64,000 bases of DNA from Leidyana gryllorum EB-2025a (lineage: Eukaryota > Protista > Apicomplexa), in contig JBLWGC010000035.1 of NCBI GenBank assembly GCA_048772705.1, forward strand, positions 380,128 to 444,127. Reading direction: 5' to 3'. The position numbers and the translations under genes were made by a program. Under the pieces are notes generated by a model that was not told the origin of the DNA, searched no databases, and saw nothing but the letters and a program-made list of their open reading frames with translations. Position 1 is the first letter of the stretch, and each line of letters opens with the position of its first letter. Shown piece by piece: positions 58,076-64,000 of this stretch.

Positions 58076-58894
58076 TCAATACCACTTCTGAGCACCAGCG
58101 TCCCAGAATGCATGAGCGTTGGGGTAGCGCAGGGTCGGCACCGGAGGCAGTCGAGTTACCGGGCATACCTCAACGTGCGGTTTCTTGTAGTATTTCTCGT
58201 ACGTGGACCTGCGGCGAGTGTTTGTGTGGATTGGTGTGGTTGTGCTGCCTTACGTGAAGTCTCTGTTCTCGGGGATGCCGCGTCTCTTGGCAATTTCCTC
58301 CGGCGAGAGCGGCTTGCCGTCGGGGCCAAGAAGACCCTGTTTGGCGGCCTCGGCGTTCGCTCTGCGTTCCGCAGCTTCCTTTTCTTTCCGCTGTTGTTCG
58401 GCAACTGTAGCGAACACTCCAGGTTGATAAGCCTCGCTGAAGAGAGAATGGCCTACAATTAAGTATCGTCAAATGTCTTACGCATATGTACTGCTGCCTT
58501 CGAATGGAAGGGTGGTGGGGGGTTTCTCGGGGGGAGGTGTCTTGCGCTTCTCTGGCTCGATCATGGTGTACGTGGTAGCGTAGGTAGAGCTTCCCTCAAA
58601 CGGAAGTGATTTGTAAGGGGGTGGACAACTGTGCATCCCACAAGAGCACAACTCATCCACACAAAGACCCTTGCCTCCACTCGGGGAAGCGGCACGGCGA
58701 TGGTTCTCGTCATAGGGAGGTAGTATAAGATGTCTAACAGCGGCGTCCCCAGCGGGAGCGGTTCTCCAGTCTAGGTCCTGAGCAGGTTGTCTGCCTCTAA
58801 CTTGTCTATACTGTTCCGGGTTTTGATAGAGATCGGGGTCTTGGCCGGGTGGAATCACCCGAAGCCCTTTATATACTCCAGATTGGGTAGCCAT
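58076..58894 (-). CDS. SPM1: Subpellicular microtubule protein 1 (SAXO/MAP6-related); 3 exons
   Basis: AGDAAVRHL...DENHR, CVDELCSCGMHSC, two LPFEGSSTY repeats, and spliced C-terminus CPVTRLPPVPTLRYPNAHAFWDAGAQKWY*, matching the ends of apicomplexan SPM1. Confidence 0.88.
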
Positions 58895-58954
58895 TGCACA
58901 GTGTGTTGGTCGATCGAACCCACACGTACATGCATACCTTTTTTGAGTCCTGAA

Positions 58955-61443
58955 ATGTCTAATGAGTATCTAACCTCTTTGGTGTCTTTCAGCGCGCAAG
59001 ATGTTGCGGATGAAATGGTAACCAGTGGTACATAGCTTACACTTCTCTAAGGACGTTACACTTGCAATCAGGCCAAGTTGGCTCGCCAGGACAGGGAGCT
59101 CGATGAGGAGCGGTCCCGTCTGGCAATGAGTAATCATCGTCATCTCGTCGCCAGTGTAATGCGCTTGGAGGACGTAAAACGAGAGTTGCAGGGCGGTCTA
59201 GAGGCGATGTCCAATGTTGTCACTCGTAGCGAGTCAATTCAGTGCACACTCCAGGTTTGTCGACCTGTAACTGGCACACGCGACTTTCTTGATGCAGGAC
59301 GCGATGAAAGTAGCACGAGAGCTACAAGACTCCCAAACCCTCTGCCGAGCTCTTGAATATCGCCAGGAAGAGCTAAGTGTTGCTTTCTCAACACCAGTGC
59401 GACTCAAGCTCTGTCTAAACCGGAAGGCTTGGGCAGAGTGTTACGAAATATCATCACAGTTCCTATCACAGGTGAGCTGCTTCCCTCATCACACCGTGGA
59501 GGAGCGTTTCGTCGGTATGTCAAGCGAAAGAACCTACAACCTGGAGCAAGCACACCACACACGACGTGCACACATAAATCTGCGGCGACACATTCGCAAC
59601 ACATATTCTATTGTAAACAGGTCCGGTTCGCAAGAGGTCGACCGATGCCAGCTTTTCTGTCCAATTGTCTCAAGGGTGTACAGGCGGTACAGGAGAAAGC
59701 TATTTCACAGCTCATGAAGTCGGTCGGATCTCGGTCGACAGCTGATCTGTCAGTGTGTGCGGAGGAATTGCGGTGAGATAAAGGTTCCTTGGTAACTCGT
59801 AAGAGCAGGTTACAGTCACCTGCAACTCTTGAACAATGTGCGGATCGATTGGTTCCAACCCAGCACCCTGACACCTGCCGAAAGAAGGGTGCTTCAGGAG
59901 GCTACGTCTCTAGAAGCGTTGTTTTGCGATGTTTGGACGATGGGAACACGTCAGCTGGAGAGCAATCTGGAGAATAACATTGCCTTTGCTGAGACTATAC
60001 TGCGGTGAGAAGTTGGTACCGACGATTGGACTGAAGCGCTCTCTCGCCCTTCACAGTGGACAGATGCAGGCTCTCACCGAAGTCACCGAGCATTTACATC
60101 GTTTCATCGTCCATTACAACGCGTTATTCCGGAAACCAGTATCCGAGAGAGCTGCACCAATGTTGCAGGAATCGGTAACATGGGTAGCACATCTACTGTC
60201 GGACTCAACACGAGACTTGGAGAGTTTGCAGAAGGGCGATGTTCCGGCGAACTGGTGGCGGGGAGTCTTGAAGAAGAGCCCGGGCCCGGATGGTGATGAA
60301 CGTGGCGGATTGCTTTGCGGCTTGTTGGGGCTGAGTGCTAACGTTTTCGCTCGGTTCCCATGCGATGCTGATGAATTAGCTGATTTGGCCCAGATGACAG
60401 CCAAAGCTAAGGGGCTGTCAGCTGTTCTGGAGAAAGCTGACTGTGCTTGCGAGTTTCTCCTCACACCACCGATCAGAGACTCCGTGGCAATCCGTATTGG
60501 GTGTCACATTGAGCGGCTGGGCTTGATACTCCGCAAGAAACTCTCCTCCGCGTACGCTGTCAAGCTTGGTACCACTGAGCCTGGGCAAGGCTCGCTAGCC
60601 TACGAAGCAGCCAGCGACGACGAGCCCGGAACCGGAACCTACCTGCTGTCTGTGACGATGGAGAGGCTCAGTCAACATTCTGCCATCTTTGTAAGGGAGA
60701 GTCGAAGACCGGCCACTGACACATGCGTCCTCAGGTCTGGTGGCTGAATGCCCACTTGAAACTGCTCAATGACCTCCGGGTGTTGGTATTGATGGACAGA
60801 GACACTACCTTTCAAAACACACTGATCAGGTATGTTGTGGCATCATGACCAAGCGGCTCTCAATAACCGGTAGCGCATCTGCACGAGGCGTCTCGATTCT
60901 CACGCACGCTTGGCATGAGTGTGTGGAAGACTACTTTGCTAAGACGCAGCCTTTTGAGGGCCACGACGACGTCTACAATAGAAGTTTGGGAATAGCCCAC
61001 GCTGATGCTGATGTAGGGGGAATACGGATGGACACACGCTCATTCTCAATTCTTAGGTACTCGTGGATCACCTAATCCCCGCCCTACTGACAGCGGAGTG
61101 TTTGTTCCTGGGGTACGAGAGTCTCGAGGAGAAGCAGAATCCCTCGTGGACTGAAATGCAACTGCTCAGTCTCATCGTAAGTTGAATATGTGTGTGTGTG
61201 TGTATGTGTGTGTTCAACGTTGTGTACGGTGGTGAGGGTTCGGATATGCACGGATGAGTGGTTAAACACACACATACTGTACAGAGGGGGCGAGACTCAG
61301 AAGTACGGAGGCTCATTGAAGCTCACGTGGGCTTTCGAACAGCTAGACCGGGCCCACCAAGATTGCGGTTATTCTCAACTAGTTCACCTTTGCGTCAAAC
61401 ACAGCGGCCGAGGCCACAGCCCACAGCTGAGGTAGCGTGTTGA
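58955..61443 (+). CDS. COG8: Conserved oligomeric Golgi complex subunit 8 (Dor1)-like; multi-exon, 3' end uncertain
   Basis: YLTSLVSFS...E...LARQ....EE..RLAMSNH; STPVRLKLCL....WAECYEI; LNAHLKLLNDLR. Confidence 0.62.
61188..61212. repeat. (TG)n microsatellite, intronic
   Basis: tgtgtgtgtgtgtgtatgtgtgtg downstream of the GTAAGT donor at about 61177. Confidence 0.8.
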
Positions 61444-61459
61444 GCTTTTTTTTGCCACA

Positions 61460-62633
61460 ATGGGGGACAAGCTCGACTGGCCAGGACTTCTGAAATGGAG
61501 TCTCAAGTTCGCAGGTGAGCACAGGAGCTCGTGAGACCTACATGGCGTTGTTTGACAGACGGTACAACAGAATCGAAGTTCACCCCACGTTCAAAGGAAG
61601 ATTTCCAGTTTCTTGAGAACGCATTTCGAGACTTTGTGGGAGGCACGGTGAGTACATATTAGCGATTTGTGACTGAGTGTGGTTGTGCACCCGACGGCTG
61701 TGTGATCACTGTTGGGCTGCCAGGCGGACCCCCACGAGCTGGTGAAAGAGGCTGTGGGAAAACTGGAGAATGCATTGACGAAAGAGTCTGACGAAAAGAA
61801 AGCTGCGGCGGAGACCTTATCGGCCCTCGGCGTCATCCAAGAGTGTCTCGACGAACACCCAGAGATTGCCCGAAATCTTGGCAAACTCAAAGTGCTCCCA
61901 TATTTGACCGCTTTGTTGACTCATCCTAACGCGACCATCGTGGAGACCGATGTGGCGGTGAGCCCGATTGGTTATGACCGAATTGTGTGTGATACGACGC
62001 TTTCAGATTATCTACTTCGGCGTGTCCAATAATCCTCCAGTACAGAAAGAACTGTTTGAGACCGGAGCTCTCGACAAGCTGATGGGAATACTGTCGGCCA
62101 ACAACGAAGGCTATCGCGCGGGAGCCGAGGAAGGATATACTCGATTATTTGTCAAATGTTTCAACGCACTCTCGGCACTGATAAAAGGTGCTGACGAGGT
62201 CGAGTCGGCTTTCGTCCAAATGGGCGGCCCCGATCTGATCTTAAATGTATTAGAGGAGACAGAGAATCTACGTCTCTTGACCAAAGCGGCATTCTTTCTG
62301 CAGTACTTCTTCAACAACAAGAAGGCGCGGACTTTCAATCGAGCCCATCTCTCCCGAGCTATAGCCCACGCATTGACGGTTATAGCGCAAGTCACGGATG
62401 AGTGGCAGTGCACTGAGATTGTGATCAGTGCAGCACTGATGGCCATCGACAGCTACTTGACGGTGTGGAAGAAACCAGAAGACAGATGGGACGCCAGAGG
62501 CGAGGATGCTATGCGGATGAGAAGAGCCGCGGAGACACGGGAGAAAGTTCTCATCAGCTTGCTGAAGAGCGAGGAATGTGCAGTGGAGGAACTAAAGATA
62601 GTCAAAGGGTTGATAAAAGCTCTAAATCAATGA
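61460..62633 (+). CDS. Hsp70 nucleotide-exchange factor Fes1/HSPBP1; multi-exon
   Basis: WPGLLKWSLK, EDFQFLENAF, ARNLGKL, SNNPPVQ, ALSALIK armadillo-type repeats. Confidence 0.85.
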
Positions 62634-62695
62634 TAGTCTTTCACGCACGTGAATTACCCCTATTAAAATCACACACTTGTCGTACCACACACATT

Positions 62696-63271
62696 ATGCA
62701 CCGATCTCCACAGGGAATACGAACGACACGAGAGCTCCGCAAAGGAGCCCCCGAGGTCGTTGGAGTGCGGATATGGGAACAGAAGGTCTGTGAGGTTCCT
62801 CAAGAGGAACACATCAACATTGTGATACCGGGCAAACACGAGCAGCACACTGTCGAAAATAATGAGCATCATGTGCATATTCGGGACCATGTCACCCTGC
62901 AGCCCCCTCTAAGCCATGATATCGACCGTCAACCGGTGGTACAGCCCATTACAGATGCTGAGTATCACGAGAAGGTCATCGTTCGTGAGGTGGAACAGAT
63001 TATTGAGAGACCCCGCATAGTGGAAGAGATAGTATATGTGGATCAGCCAGTCTACGAAATCAAAGAAGTGCCCGAATACATTCCGGTCGTCGTCTCGCGA
63101 CGCACAGTGCCCAGAGTCAGCGACAAGAAGACAAAGGTCATAGAGGACGTCACTTGGATACCGGAGCTCCAATATGATGCCACCTCCGACCCTGCCTGGG
63201 TCACGGAGCGTCGACGCCGGATTCAAAAAGGGCTTTGCAGGAAGCTCGATACTCCGCCTTTCCAGAGTTAG
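62696..63271 (+). CDS. Alveolin / inner membrane complex (IMC) protein
   Basis: V/E/K/P-rich repeats EQKVCEVP, EKVIVREVEQIIERPRIVEEIVYVDQPVYEIKEVPEYIPV; ATG at 62696. Confidence 0.8.
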   Translation: MHRSPQGIRTTRELRKGAPEVVGVRIWEQKVCEVPQEEHINIVIPGKHEQHTVENNEHHVHIRDHVTLQPPLSHDIDRQPVVQPITDAEYHEKVIVREVEQIIERPRIVEEIVYVDQPVYEIKEVPEYIPVVVSRRTVPRVSDKKTKVIEDVTWIPELQYDATSDPAWVTERRRRIQKGLCRKLDTPPFQS

Positions 63272-63306
63272 CGCCCCGAACGTCTGTTGTTAATCCTCAT
63301 GGGGCT

Positions 63307-64000
63307 CCTAATCGTCCCCGACCCATCCCTCAGCCTGTGCTGCGTTGGCTTTCATCCGGCTGATAGCAGTAGTTCGAGATGGGAAGACGATATCAACAGA
63401 GATAGAGACTTACGCCCGCCAACTGAGTATCCACAAGACGGCGACGACGCCCAGCCAGACGATCATACCATTCGCACGGCGCCAGTTTCGTTCCAGACTA
63501 TCGGATAGTTCTCCAACCAAGTCGACGAACCGCTGAACACGATCCCGCCACGTCACGACGTCGACGGGGAGGGCCCCACGACCCAGCTTGGCTGCGCTCG
63601 GATGGAGTCCTGATGAGCAGAGGAAAGTGACCATTCGATTCTCATTGGTACTTTGATCTTTACCATCAAAACAGAAAGACCCTTTCTCAAACTCGTCTTG
63701 CACGGCAAACCCAAACAACTCGCAGAACCGATTCGCCGACTCTGATTCTGCCGCTTTCCAACATGTCAGGGAGTCAATGTCACATAATCGTGCCTTTCCC
63801 GACTTTTGATCCAAAGTAATGTAGCTTGACCCACAAGCGTCGAACCTACGACACTCGATGGTGCTGGGCAGAGCTGGTCGGCCACTCACCAACGCTGACA
63901 GAGATTCGAGCACAATGGCACTTTCCTGTCCGACCGGTGTTCACTACCTTCAGGATTTGCAGCCGCTTTTCCGGCAAGTGCGTCACAAGCTCCACACGGT
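63307..64000 (-). CDS. Partial Cys-containing single-pass membrane protein (5' end probably outside the window)
   Basis: ORF 63913-63410 with several Cys and TM segment MIVWLGVVAVLWIL, then a GTAAGT donor and a short last exon. Confidence 0.45.

Noticed and set aside
1-64000. tRNA, rRNA, transposon or viral genes; many short overlapping ORFs in the track
   Set aside because: No recognisable RNA gene or transposase/RT motif by eye (a covariance scan was not possible). Short ORFs are antisense or out-of-frame shadows, often with GTG/TTG starts.

Overview
Eukaryotic, very gene-dense DNA (roughly balanced GC, GT-AG introns mostly about 40-55 nt, intergenic gaps often under 70 nt). An SPM1 orthologue, an alveolin/IMC protein and a WD40-tailed myosin (MyoF) identify it as apicomplexan; a gregarine-like lineage is plausible but not provable here. 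The ORF track fragments most genes at introns, so multi-exon coordinates are my reconstructions (outer limits). About 14-64 kb is mostly housekeeping: SLY1, MyoF, Nup155/170, allantoicase-like, TFIIF-beta, reticulon, SLC35F6-like, PWP1, AP2-like, TFIIA, DUF4139, HscB, PRP22, CCCH, PSMA3, SPM1, COG8, Fes1, alveolin. The standout is 1-13.3 kb: a tandem cluster of three intronless, bacterial-type, surface-anchored 5'-nucleotidase genes. One is a single-domain enzyme. One is a 2425-aa protein with two nucleotidase units of apparently different specificity on a ~900-aa Thr-rich mucin stalk with a GPI-type signal. The third has lost its catalytic motifs and carries three reading-frame lesions. All share an accessory module I cannot name. 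All identifications are by eye from motifs; no searches were run.
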